Assembly: GCF_021054785.1 (NCBI RefSeq)
Contig: NZ_CP088239.1
Location: forward strand, 150,001-182,000
Reading direction: 5' to 3'
Origin: Tannockella kyphosi
GTDB taxonomy: Bacteria > Bacillota_I > Bacilli_A > Erysipelotrichales > Coprobacillaceae
DNA: 32,000 nt
Part shown: piece by piece, positions 1-7,474 of the stretch
Numbering within the stretch: the stretch's first letter is position 1
Layout of the letters: each line of letters opens with the position of its first letter
Program-made: the position numbers and the translations under genes
The notes under the pieces: model-generated
Seen by the model: the letters and a program-made list of their open reading frames with translations, nothing else
The model's database searches: none
What the model was told of the DNA's origin: nothing

Positions 1-1
1 T

Positions 2-538
2 GTAGGAATTGATTATTCCTGTGTTGATCTGGTTAATAATTCAAGGGCAGCATCTTTCAGTACAGATATCGACTTGAATATAACTTTATCTCGTAGAAGT
101 GGTCAAACGTATACTTATGTGACGGGTGTTGCTACTTCTACGAAACTTCTCAGCTCTCCTTCAACAGAAGATATGCTTTCAATTGAATGGGAACCCTCTA
201 AAGGAACTTATTATGGATATACTGAAACAAAAAATGCCACATTGAAAAATTATTCTAAAAAGAGCCAAGGTATATTAGTTTTTAATATACAGGATTCAAA
301 TTTAGTGATTAGCGGTAGCTACGCACTATGCTCGGTAAAAGTTGTTTTCGATGACAATACTGATGTAGGTGATTTAGGATTAAATTATATACATACATTT
401 ACTGATGCAGCACCCACTTTAACGATAGGTGGGAATGTATCCTTTACATCTGTAGGAGCACTAACTGGAGGTCTTAGTATAGGGTTAACAATCACAAATG
501 TAAGTTGTGTTTGGGAAAGATCATATTTATATTCTTAA
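2..538 (+). CDS. Hypothetical protein, C-terminal fragment (ORF open to the left window edge)
   Basis: Frame 2 has no stop from nt 2 to the TAA at 536-538, so the TTG at 74 in the ORF track is probably internal. The sequence is Thr/Ser/Gly-rich and looks beta-rich, with no motif I recognise. A strong terminator follows at 632-657. Confidence 0.55.
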   Translation, partial: VGIDYSCVDLVNNSRAASFSTDIDLNITLSRRSGQTYTYVTGVATSTKLLSSPSTEDMLSIEWEPSKGTYYGYTETKNATLKNYSKKSQGILVFNIQDSNLVISGSYALCSVKVVFDDNTDVGDLGLNYIHTFTDAAPTLTIGGNVSFTSVGALTGGLSIGLTITNVSCVWERSYLYS

Positions 539-631
539 AAGATGATATAACTTACTTATAAATAAAACTGTAAATAACTATAATATTCAAATAAGTCAGT
601 ATGTTATATACGAGTATAATCTAAATTTTAG

Positions 632-657
632 ACTAGAATTTTATTCTAGTTTTTTTT
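632..657 (+). terminator. Rho-independent terminator
   Basis: The 8-bp stem actagaat (632-639) pairs with attctagt (643-650) across a 3-nt loop, followed by a T7 run (651-657). Confidence 0.8.
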
Positions 658-724
658 GATACTTTCTAGCTAGTAAGTTCTAAAAGTAAATGTATGACAT
701 AGCATTATTTAGGAGGTAGTTAAT

Positions 725-1030
725 ATGGAAACAAAAAAGATACTTAAAGATATAGCAAAGAGATGTGACGACGATATCTCATTTAGCAGTAGTAGGACCT
801 GTAAGAACAGGGAAGTCTACGTTTATAAAAAAGAACACGTCAAGGCAGTAATACCTTATATTGATGATCCTGATGCTAAGTTACATGCTATTGATGAATT
901 ACCACAATCTGGTAAGGGAAAAATGATTATGACGGTAGAGCCTAAATTCATCCCTAATCAAGCAGTATCGATATTATTAGAAGATAATTTAAATGCTAAG
1001 GTGAGACTAGTAGATAGTGTTAGATTCTAA
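725..1030 (+). pseudogene. spoIVA: Stage IV sporulation protein A (SpoIVA) 5' remnant, frameshifted and truncated
   Basis: The N terminus METKKILKDIAKR and the stretch DELPQSGKGKMIMTVEPKFIPNQA...VRLVDSV resemble the first ~100 residues of SpoIVA (a ~490-aa protein). The Walker-A segment LAVVGPVRTGKSTFIKK is encoded at 783-833 in the +1 frame, not in the ORF frame. The ORF ends at the TAA at 1028-1030 and no further SpoIVA-like sequence follows. Confidence 0.75.
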
Positions 1031-1098
1031 GTCCAATTATAATAAGGTAAATAATTATTTGAATAAAAATATAATAAGCTAGTTAACGTTAATTAGGA

Positions 1099-1131
1099 TT
1101 AGTTTCTGTACAAACAGAAACTAACCCTTTT
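1099..1131 (+). terminator. Hairpin with weak U-tail downstream of the spoIVA remnant
   Basis: The 11-bp stem ttagtttctgt (1099-1109) pairs with acagaaactaa (1114-1124) across the loop acaa, followed by ccctttta. The hairpin is flanked by the 9-bp direct repeat taattagga (1090-1098 and 1142-1150). Confidence 0.45.
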
Positions 1132-1205
1132 ATGTTCCTAATAATTAGGACAATGCACATACACCTACCTTATCTTCCTCATATAGTAAGTGAGGAGGTG
1201 AGAAT

Positions 1206-2057
1206 ATGAAATTATTGTTAATTAGCGGACATGGATCTGGAGACAGTGGGGCAGTTGGAAATGGCTACAAAGAATCGGATCTTACAATTGAAGTAGTTAA
1301 AAACATTAAGAATTATTTAGATGAATACATGAGTGTTACAGTCTATGATACAAATAGAAATGCTTTTAAAGATTGTCAAAAAGGTCAATTTAAAATAGGA
1401 AGATATGATTATATATTAGAAGTACATTTTAATGCTTTTAATGGAAAAGCCACAGGTACAGAATGCTTTGTTACTACAAGAGAAAAAGGTATCGGAGTAG
1501 AACAAAAAATAATGAAAAAAATGGCTAAATATTTTAAACTTAGAGATAATGATGCTATTTTTGATGGAGTAAAAAGAAAGAACTTCTTAGTCATTAATAC
1601 ATGTAAATCAAGAGGAATGTCAGGTTGTTTATTAGAAGTTTGTTTTATAGATAATCCTAGTGATATAAAGATATATCAAGAAAATAAGTTAGAAATAGCA
1701 AAAGATATTGGTGATGCAATTATGGACGGATTTAAAGTAACAAAAAAAGTTACTAGTAATACTAAAAAAACAACAGTAACTAAAAAATCAAATACGACAA
1801 TTGCCAAAGAAGTTATTGCTGGTAAATGGGGTAGTGGTGATGAAAGAAAAGAAAAATTAGAAAAAGCAGGATATAGCTATCAAGCTATTCAAAGTAGGGT
1901 CAATACTTTGTTGAACAAGAAAAAATCAAATACTACAATAGCCAAAGAAGTTATTGCTGGTAAATGGGGTAACGGATCTAGTAGAACAGATCGATTACGA
2001 AAAGCAGGTTATAGCCCTAGTATTATTCAAAAGAAAGTAAATCAACTGCTTAAATAG
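1206..2057 (+). CDS. N-acetylmuramoyl-L-alanine amidase (Amidase_3 / MurNAc-LAA) with two C-terminal CW_7 (Cpl-7-type) cell-wall-binding repeats
   Basis: The N terminus LLISGHGSGDSGAVG...EVHFNAF is typical of Amidase_3. The C terminus carries two copies of TIAKEVIAGKWG(S/N)G..R...L.KAGYS...IQ..VN.LL, which matches the CW_7 pattern. The RBS is GAGGAGG. Confidence 0.85.
   Translation: MKLLLISGHGSGDSGAVGNGYKESDLTIEVVKNIKNYLDEYMSVTVYDTNRNAFKDCQKGQFKIGRYDYILEVHFNAFNGKATGTECFVTTREKGIGVEQKIMKKMAKYFKLRDNDAIFDGVKRKNFLVINTCKSRGMSGCLLEVCFIDNPSDIKIYQENKLEIAKDIGDAIMDGFKVTKKVTSNTKKTTVTKKSNTTIAKEVIAGKWGSGDERKEKLEKAGYSYQAIQSRVNTLLNKKKSNTTIAKEVIAGKWGNGSSRTDRLRKAGYSPSIIQKKVNQLLK
1782..2054 (+). repeat. Tandem 138-nt (46-codon) duplication encoding the two CW_7 modules
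   Basis: Units begin at 1782 and 1920. The first ~55 nt are near-identical (aaaaaatcaaatacNacaatNgccaaagaagttattgctggtaaatggggta) and the sequences then diverge. Confidence 0.8.
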
Positions 2058-2074
2058 CTTTCATTGATTGAAAA

Positions 2075-2120
2075 AAGTCTTTTATCTATTTCTATTGTGA
2101 TATAAATAGGTAGAAGACTT
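2075..2120 (+). other. Long strand-specific RNA hairpin between the amidase gene and the TSUP gene
   Basis: A 17-bp stem pairs 2075-2091 with 2104-2120 across a 12-nt loop. It includes two G-U wobbles (2082/2113 and 2085/2110), which would be A-C mismatches on the other strand. No U-tract follows on the + strand. Confidence 0.5.
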
Positions 2121-2140
2121 ACATAGTGATAGGAGACAAT

Positions 2141-2908
2141 ATGACAACAATACAAATGATTATCATAGTATGTCCATTGGTTTTCTTTGCTGCATTTATT
2201 GATGCTATTGCAGGAGGAGGAGGACTAATTTCTTTACCTGCTTATTTATTTACGGGTATGCCAACTCATTTGGCATATGGGAGTAATAAGTTTTCAGGAT
2301 GTATGGGATCTTTCTTTTCTTCTTATCGCTTTTTAAAGAGTGGGGTAGTACATTTAAAAGTAGCGATCATTTCAGCTTTTTTTGCTTTAATTGGTTCTTA
2401 TTTGGGGGCACAATTAGTACTTATTCTAAGTGATTATTTTCTAAAAATAAGTATGACTATTTTATTACCAATTATTGCAGTAATCTTGTTATTTAAAAAG
2501 AACAAACAAGAAGATGTTAATGTAGTAAATTTGTTAAGCAAAAGAAAGACTATTTTTCTATCATCAATCATAGGATTCTTGATAGGAGCTTATGATGGCT
2601 TTTTTGGACCTGGGACAGGTACGTTTTTAATACTCGGTTATACTACTTTCATGGGATTTGATTATCGCACTGCTTGTGGAAATGCTAGGATTGTCAATCT
2701 TGCATCTAATTTTGCAGCACTAATAGCGTATGTGTTTGCTGGTAAAGTAATGTATGTTGTCGCAATACCAGCTGCTTTTTGTTCGATTACAGGTTATTGG
2801 TTAGGATCAGGATTAGCTATTAAGAAGGGTTCTAAATATATTAAACCCTTGATGGTATGTGTAATGATGGTTTTATTTTTAAAAATTATAATTGATTTAT
2901 TAGGATAG
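2141..2908 (+). CDS. TSUP (TauE/SafE, YfcA-like) family anion/sulfite-exporter-type membrane protein
   Basis: Polytopic membrane protein with FIDAIAGGGGLISLPAYLF and a second GPGTGTFLILG half-repeat, typical of DUF81/TSUP. I prefer the ATG at 2141 (AGGAG at 2131-2135) over the GTG at 2126 in the ORF track. Confidence 0.85.
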   Translation: MTTIQMIIIVCPLVFFAAFIDAIAGGGGLISLPAYLFTGMPTHLAYGSNKFSGCMGSFFSSYRFLKSGVVHLKVAIISAFFALIGSYLGAQLVLILSDYFLKISMTILLPIIAVILLFKKNKQEDVNVVNLLSKRKTIFLSSIIGFLIGAYDGFFGPGTGTFLILGYTTFMGFDYRTACGNARIVNLASNFAALIAYVFAGKVMYVVAIPAAFCSITGYWLGSGLAIKKGSKYIKPLMVCVMMVLFLKIIIDLLG

Positions 2909-2918
2909 GAGGATTTTT

Positions 2919-3767
2919 ATGGCAATAAAAGTAATTATTATGGATATAGATGGAACACTTGTAAACAGTGACAAGAAGTTAACTTTGAAAACAAAAGAAA
3001 TTCTAATTCAGGCTCAAAAACTAGGGATAAAAGTTGTACTAGCATCTGGTAGACCTAGAAGAGGAATGGTTAATCTTGCTAGAGAATTAGAGATGGATCA
3101 ACATCATGGATTAGTAGTATGTTATAATGGTAGTCAAATTATTGATTGTCAAACAAATGAAATAATCTATAATCAAGCAATTCCCAATCATTTAGGAAAA
3201 GCAGTATTAAAACATATGAAAAACTTCAACGTTTATCCAATGATAGATAAAGAAGATACAATGTATGTAAATAATGTATATGCCCCTCCTATTCAATTAG
3301 ATAAAGATTTTAATGTAGTTGAATATGAAGCTAGAGGTGGTAATTTCTTGTTGTGTGAAAAAGAAAACCTAGATGAGTTTTTAGATTGGGACATTAACAA
3401 GATTCTAACAGCAGGACAACCAGCTTATTTACAGGAACATTATTTAGAAATGATGGAACCCTTCAAAGATACATTATCATGTATGTTTACTAGTGCTTTT
3501 TATTTTGAATTTACTGCAAAATCAATTGATAAAGCAAATGCTTTAAAAGAAGTATTGTTACCATTAGGTTATAAACAAGAAGAGATGATAGCCTTTGGTG
3601 ATGGAATGAATGATCTAAGTATGATAGAGTTTTGTGGTATCGGTGTTGCAATGCAAAATGCTGTTGAAGCATTAAAAGAAGCTAGTCAATATATTACAAC
3701 AAGTAATGATCAAGATGGTATTGCTTATGCCTTATTACACTATATTCCAGAAATAAAAACGCCGTGA
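2919..3767 (+). CDS. Cof-type HAD-IIB family hydrolase (sugar-phosphate phosphatase-like)
   Basis: Contains the HAD motif I DIDGTL, then ASGR, and a C-terminal GDGMNDLSM motif. The cap domain is of Cof/YidA size. Confidence 0.85.
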   Translation: MAIKVIIMDIDGTLVNSDKKLTLKTKEILIQAQKLGIKVVLASGRPRRGMVNLARELEMDQHHGLVVCYNGSQIIDCQTNEIIYNQAIPNHLGKAVLKHMKNFNVYPMIDKEDTMYVNNVYAPPIQLDKDFNVVEYEARGGNFLLCEKENLDEFLDWDINKILTAGQPAYLQEHYLEMMEPFKDTLSCMFTSAFYFEFTAKSIDKANALKEVLLPLGYKQEEMIAFGDGMNDLSMIEFCGIGVAMQNAVEALKEASQYITTSNDQDGIAYALLHYIPEIKTP

Positions 3768-3786
3768 TAAATATCAAGGCGTTTTT
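3755..3786. terminator. Bidirectional terminator shared by the convergent HAD and XRE genes
   Basis: The stem aaaaacgcc (3755-3763) pairs with ggcgttttt (3778-3786). The stop codons of both genes lie in or next to the hairpin, and A/T runs flank both sides. Confidence 0.7.
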
Positions 3787-4088
3787 ATACGTTCTATAAG
3801 TGCTAAAATTAATGCTAGGTCATCGTCATTCATTGTTTTTATAATATCGATTATAGATTGAACCTGTTTAGGGTTTTGTTGTTCACTTGAGAAAAACTGT
3901 TCAGGAGTTATTTCTAAATATTCACTAATATAAAACAATCCTTGCAAAGAGGGAGAAGTTTTATAGTTTTCAATATTATTAATATAGTTTTCATTTTGAC
4001 CAATACTAAGGCTCATATCTCTTGCAGAAACACCTTTTTTCATTCTAAGTTGCATTAATCGATTGCCTACATACTCTTCATTCATCAT
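3774..4088 (-). CDS. XRE-family helix-turn-helix transcriptional regulator
   Basis: The HTH_3 pattern is LRMKKGVSARDMSLSIGQNENYINNIENYKTSPSLQGLFYISEYLEITPEQFF. The start is set at the ATG at 4088 (AGGAGAGA RBS on the minus strand at ~4093-4100). The 37-codon extension in the ORF track is AT-rich promoter DNA. Confidence 0.8.
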   Translation of the reverse strand: MMNEEYVGNRLMQLRMKKGVSARDMSLSIGQNENYINNIENYKTSPSLQGLFYISEYLEITPEQFFSSEQQNPKQVQSIIDIIKTMNDDDLALILALIERIKTP

Positions 4089-4100
4089 TGTCTCTCCTTT

Positions 4101-4168
4101 TACAATATTGTACCTTATAAAATATCTCATTTTGCACCTTATAAAGTTGTAATATTTTATAATTACAA
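4101..4168. promoter_or_regulatory. Divergent control region with palindromic candidate operators
   Basis: There is a perfect 12-bp palindrome TACAATATTGTA (4101-4112) and an inverted repeat TTGTAAT-N8-ATTACAA (4147-4168) that shares the TTGTA/TACAA half-site. The direct repeat accttataaa occurs at 4112-4121 and 4136-4145. Confidence 0.45.
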
Positions 4169-4218
4169 TATAATAAATGGTACATAGTATAAAATACAAG
4201 ATAATAGAGGGGATGAAG

Positions 4219-4728
4219 ATGAAAATTGAAGAACTAATAAGAAAAGATATAGATTTTATAAATAATTATCGTAACAGTGCTAACTATTTAGAAATAGTAA
4301 AACAACAAGGAACTTATGAAACTTATACATCTTGGTATATCTATTTAAAAAATGATCAATATCAAAGGGTATTTAATAAAGATAAATATCAACAATATAT
4401 AGATTTTGAAACTTTTTTTAAAGAACAATGTCAACATTGTTTTCAAGAAATAAATACATTCTATATTTCTTCAAAAGAAGAAATACATTTTCATCTTAAG
4501 TTTTTAAGAATATATTCTAGAGATATAAATGAACAAGCAAATATTGGTTTTATGTTTGGTCAGTTTTTAATGAAGTATCCTAATTTTGAAATGAAGGTAC
4601 ATAAGGATGGTTTTATCATATTAGATACTATTATTGATTTATATGATATTGTGAAAATAAAAGATCATCATCAAATGTTAGATGAATTGAAGTATCGTAG
4701 TGAATTATTAAGAAATATAGATTGTTAA
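4219..4728 (+). CDS. Hypothetical protein (no recognisable domain), divergent from the XRE regulator
   Basis: This is the only long ORF at this position. I prefer the ATG at 4219 (GAGGGG at 4207-4212, 6-nt spacer). The product is Tyr/Phe/Asn/Lys-rich and I recognise no motif. Confidence 0.6.
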   Translation: MKIEELIRKDIDFINNYRNSANYLEIVKQQGTYETYTSWYIYLKNDQYQRVFNKDKYQQYIDFETFFKEQCQHCFQEINTFYISSKEEIHFHLKFLRIYSRDINEQANIGFMFGQFLMKYPNFEMKVHKDGFIILDTIIDLYDIVKIKDHHQMLDELKYRSELLRNIDC

Positions 4729-4749
4729 ATTAACAATTGATGGTATAAT
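4721..4749 (+). promoter_or_regulatory. Sigma-A-type promoter with an overlapping 17-bp perfect palindrome
   Basis: TTGTTA (4722-4727) lies 16 nt upstream of an extended -10, TGgTATAAT (4741-4749). The palindrome attgttaa-a-ttaacaat (4721-4737) covers the -35 and the stop codon of the upstream gene. Confidence 0.5.
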
Positions 4750-4841
4750 GTTTAAGAGTTCATCAAGAAGATGAAATAAATACCATGAAGGTATCTGCAA
4801 AAGGCAGTTATTTTTATGGTATTTTTATATGGAGGGAAATT

Positions 4842-5384
4842 ATGTCAGTTAAGAAGTTAGTTTTAGCAGGCTTTTTATTAGCTTTGGGGTTTGTACTACC
4901 TTTTGCTACAATGCAAATACCTGCAATAGGAAGTATGTTATTACCAATGCATTTACCTGTTTTATTAGCGGGTTATGTATGTGGATGGCCATTAGCGATG
5001 TTAATAGGATTTGTGTTGCCAATATTACGAAGTGCTGTTTTTTCAATGCCACCAATGTTTCCAACGGCAATTGCGATGTCTTTTGAATTAGCTGCATATG
5101 GGTTTTTAACAGGATTTATTTATAGCAAATTACCAAAGAAAACAAGTTCTATATATATTAGTTTAGTTGTTTCCTTGCTTGGTGGTAGAGTTGTTTGGGG
5201 GATCGTAACTTATTTGTTGATGGGATATATTGGGTCGGCTTTTACTTTAGAATTGTTTATTACAGGTGCCTTTGCAAATGCAATGCCAGGTATTATTTTA
5301 CAATTCTTGGTAATACCAAATGTAGTAGTAGCACTAGAAAGAAGTGGCTTGTTAGAAAATGTCCGTAAAAGAGCTTTTAGCTAA
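4842..5384 (+). CDS. ECF-transporter substrate-capture (S) component, substrate unknown
   Basis: A ~180-aa, six-helix hydrophobic protein with MHLPVLLAGYVCGWPLAML and the general ECF_trnsprt architecture. The start is set at the ATG at 4842 (GGAGGG at 4831-4836). Confidence 0.8.
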   Translation: MSVKKLVLAGFLLALGFVLPFATMQIPAIGSMLLPMHLPVLLAGYVCGWPLAMLIGFVLPILRSAVFSMPPMFPTAIAMSFELAAYGFLTGFIYSKLPKKTSSIYISLVVSLLGGRVVWGIVTYLLMGYIGSAFTLELFITGAFANAMPGIILQFLVIPNVVVALERSGLLENVRKRAFS

Positions 5385-6366
5385 ACATCAAGCAAAATAT
5401 CCTGTTTGTCAAAATCAAGATCTTGCAAAGTTTGTTTATCAATATGTTTTTGGTGGTGAACATATGATAGAAAATAAAGATATTGTTTTAGAGAAAATTG
5501 TTGATGAGTGTGCAAACTTAACGAATCGTGATTATTGGATAGAAGATATTGGGAACCAATATGTTCGATTTCATTTGTTTCAAGCCAATCATCTTCAATG
5601 TCAAACAATTGCTCAATTATTTATTACATCATGTACTTTTAACAAAAAAAATAATGAGCAATTTTATCAAATCATGGAACAATTAAAGATAGATGTACCC
5701 AAAGGAGAATTAAAACCTTTCCGTCATAGCCAACTTTATCGAGATACCTATCATCCCCATTACCGTATTATCAATAAACAATTAGCTTTTTACTATCCAC
5801 TATTTTTAAAAATAAATGAACTGTTAGAAACCAAAGAAACGTTAATAATAGCGATTGATGGAATGGCAGGTTCTGGAAAAAGTACGTTAGCAGCCCTATT
5901 ACAAGAGTTCTATCAAGCAAATGTTTTTCATCTTGATGACTTCTTTTTACAAAGTCATCAAAGAACCCAAGAACGTTTCTCTATACCTGGCAAAAATGTC
6001 GATTATGAAAGGTTTCTAGAACAAGTTTTATTACCTTGTACCAGTCACCAACAAATTGGATATCAAAAGTTTTTATGCCATCAAATGGAATTGGATAAAG
6101 AAGTTTCTATTTTCCAACCAAGTAGGGTTAGTATTGTAGAAGGTAGTTATAGCATGATACCAGAATTGAGTGCGAATTATGATTTAAAGATTGCTTTAAA
6201 AGTAGATTCTAAAACACAGTTAGAACGTATATCAAAACGAAATACGAAACAACAAACAAAACTATTTGAAGAAAAATGGATTCCTTATGAAAATAAATAC
6301 TTTTCTTATTATGATATATTTCATCAAGTAGATTACTTATTTGATACAACCAAATTATACAAGTAA
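5359..6366 (+). CDS. P-loop nucleoside/cofactor-precursor kinase-like protein (uridine kinase/PRK-type fold) with an uncharacterised ~160-aa N-terminal domain
   Basis: The Walker A IIAIDGMAGSGKSTLAALL is followed by HLDDFF, and the C terminus is of uridine-kinase type. The gene overlaps the S-component gene by 26 nt. The start is uncertain because there is no clear SD. Confidence 0.6.
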   Translation: MSVKELLAKHQAKYPVCQNQDLAKFVYQYVFGGEHMIENKDIVLEKIVDECANLTNRDYWIEDIGNQYVRFHLFQANHLQCQTIAQLFITSCTFNKKNNEQFYQIMEQLKIDVPKGELKPFRHSQLYRDTYHPHYRIINKQLAFYYPLFLKINELLETKETLIIAIDGMAGSGKSTLAALLQEFYQANVFHLDDFFLQSHQRTQERFSIPGKNVDYERFLEQVLLPCTSHQQIGYQKFLCHQMELDKEVSIFQPSRVSIVEGSYSMIPELSANYDLKIALKVDSKTQLERISKRNTKQQTKLFEEKWIPYENKYFSYYDIFHQVDYLFDTTKLYK

Positions 6367-6388
6367 CCCTTTTGTAAAAAAGGGTTTT
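6365..6388 (+). terminator. Rho-independent terminator
   Basis: The stem aaccctttt (6365-6373) pairs with aaaagggtt (6378-6386), followed by tt. Confidence 0.7.
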
Positions 6389-6418
6389 CGTATATACTAA
6401 TGTTCTAGGAGATAAAGA

Positions 6419-7417
6419 ATGAAAAAAATACTTTTATTAACAACAGGAGGAACAATTGTTTCTTTACATACAAAAGATGGCCTAGTCCCATCAAATGAAG
6501 AACATGATTTATTATATTATTTAGGATCTATGAAAGATGATTACGCTATCACAATAGATAATATTTTTAATTTAGATAGTACTAATATTCAACCAGAAGA
6601 ATGGGTGATAGTAGCTAAAAAAATAGATCAAGAAAAAAACAACTATGACGCTATTGTAATTACGCATGGAACAGATACAATGGCTTATACATCATCGGTA
6701 TTATCTTATATGTTATTAGGAATAGAAATCCCAGTCGTTATAACAGGTTCTCAATTACCAATAGCCCATCCATTAAGTGACGCTATTATCAATTTACGAT
6801 GTGCTTTTGAAATGGCTAATACTGCGATAGGTGGTGTATTTGTTGCTTTTAATAGACATATTATTTTAGGAACTCGAGCTTCCAAAGTAAGAACAAGTGG
6901 ATTTAATGCTTTTGAGAGTATTAACGTCTTACCAGTAGGAATTATTAACTCAGATGGACTACAAATAAACCAATGGGCTGTACCAAAACAAACAAGTTAT
7001 CAACTAAAAGAATCTTTAGATAGTCATGTTTTTTTATTAAAACTAACACCTGGAACAGATCCTCATATATTACCAGCAATGGCTAATTTAGGATGTCATG
7101 GTATTGTTATAGAAGCATTTGGAGCGGGTGGAATTAATTTTATTCGTAGAGATTTAGTTAGTATGTTAGATCAAATGCAAACATTAGATATTCCAATTGT
7201 TGTTTGTAGTCAATGTTTATATGATCGTAGTGATTTAAATCATTATGAAGTTGGTCGAAAAGCATTAGAAAAGGGAGTCATATCAGCTTATGATATGACT
7301 AGTGAAAGTGCTGTTACCAAATTAATGTGGGGACTAGGTCAACTAGATCAAGGAGAATTGAGAATTCCAATGATTAGAGAATTATTTGAAAAAAACTTAG
7401 TAGGAGAAATGGAATAA
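6419..7417 (+). CDS. ansA: L-asparaginase, type I (cytoplasmic)
   Basis: Contains the LLTTGGTIVS and ITHGTDTMAYT catalytic motifs. At 332 aa with no signal peptide, it fits the type I enzyme. Confidence 0.9.
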   Translation: MKKILLLTTGGTIVSLHTKDGLVPSNEEHDLLYYLGSMKDDYAITIDNIFNLDSTNIQPEEWVIVAKKIDQEKNNYDAIVITHGTDTMAYTSSVLSYMLLGIEIPVVITGSQLPIAHPLSDAIINLRCAFEMANTAIGGVFVAFNRHIILGTRASKVRTSGFNAFESINVLPVGIINSDGLQINQWAVPKQTSYQLKESLDSHVFLLKLTPGTDPHILPAMANLGCHGIVIEAFGAGGINFIRRDLVSMLDQMQTLDIPIVVCSQCLYDRSDLNHYEVGRKALEKGVISAYDMTSESAVTKLMWGLGQLDQGELRIPMIRELFEKNLVGEME

Positions 7418-7446
7418 AAAGAAATAGATTGTATATTTCTTTTTTT
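7416..7446 (+). terminator. Rho-independent terminator
   Basis: The stem aaaaagaaata (7416-7426) pairs with tatttcttttt (7434-7444), with a T-run to 7446. Confidence 0.75.
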
Positions 7447-7474
7447 ATTGGGTAATTTATAGATAGGTGATACG

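Noticed and set aside
660-724. A sigma-E-type sporulation promoter upstream of the spoIVA remnant, and a sigma-F/G-type promoter upstream of the GerA-family gene (12057-12095)
   Set aside because: Only partial matches to the consensus elements were found (for example CATAGCAT, GGCTATACTT). These are not distinguishable from background by eye.
1-4728. Calling the left end an intact prophage or a skin-like element inserted in spoIVA
   Set aside because: Only one phage-typical gene (the amidase) is present. There is no holin, integrase, structural gene or second spoIVA fragment in the window, and genes from 2141 rightward are ordinary cellular functions. I kept it as a hypothesis in the findings, not as a feature.
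4750-4841. Assigning the ECF leader to a known riboswitch class (preQ1, THF, TPP, FMN)
   Set aside because: I could not find any of the conserved core sequences of those classes, so it is reported only as an unclassified structured leader.
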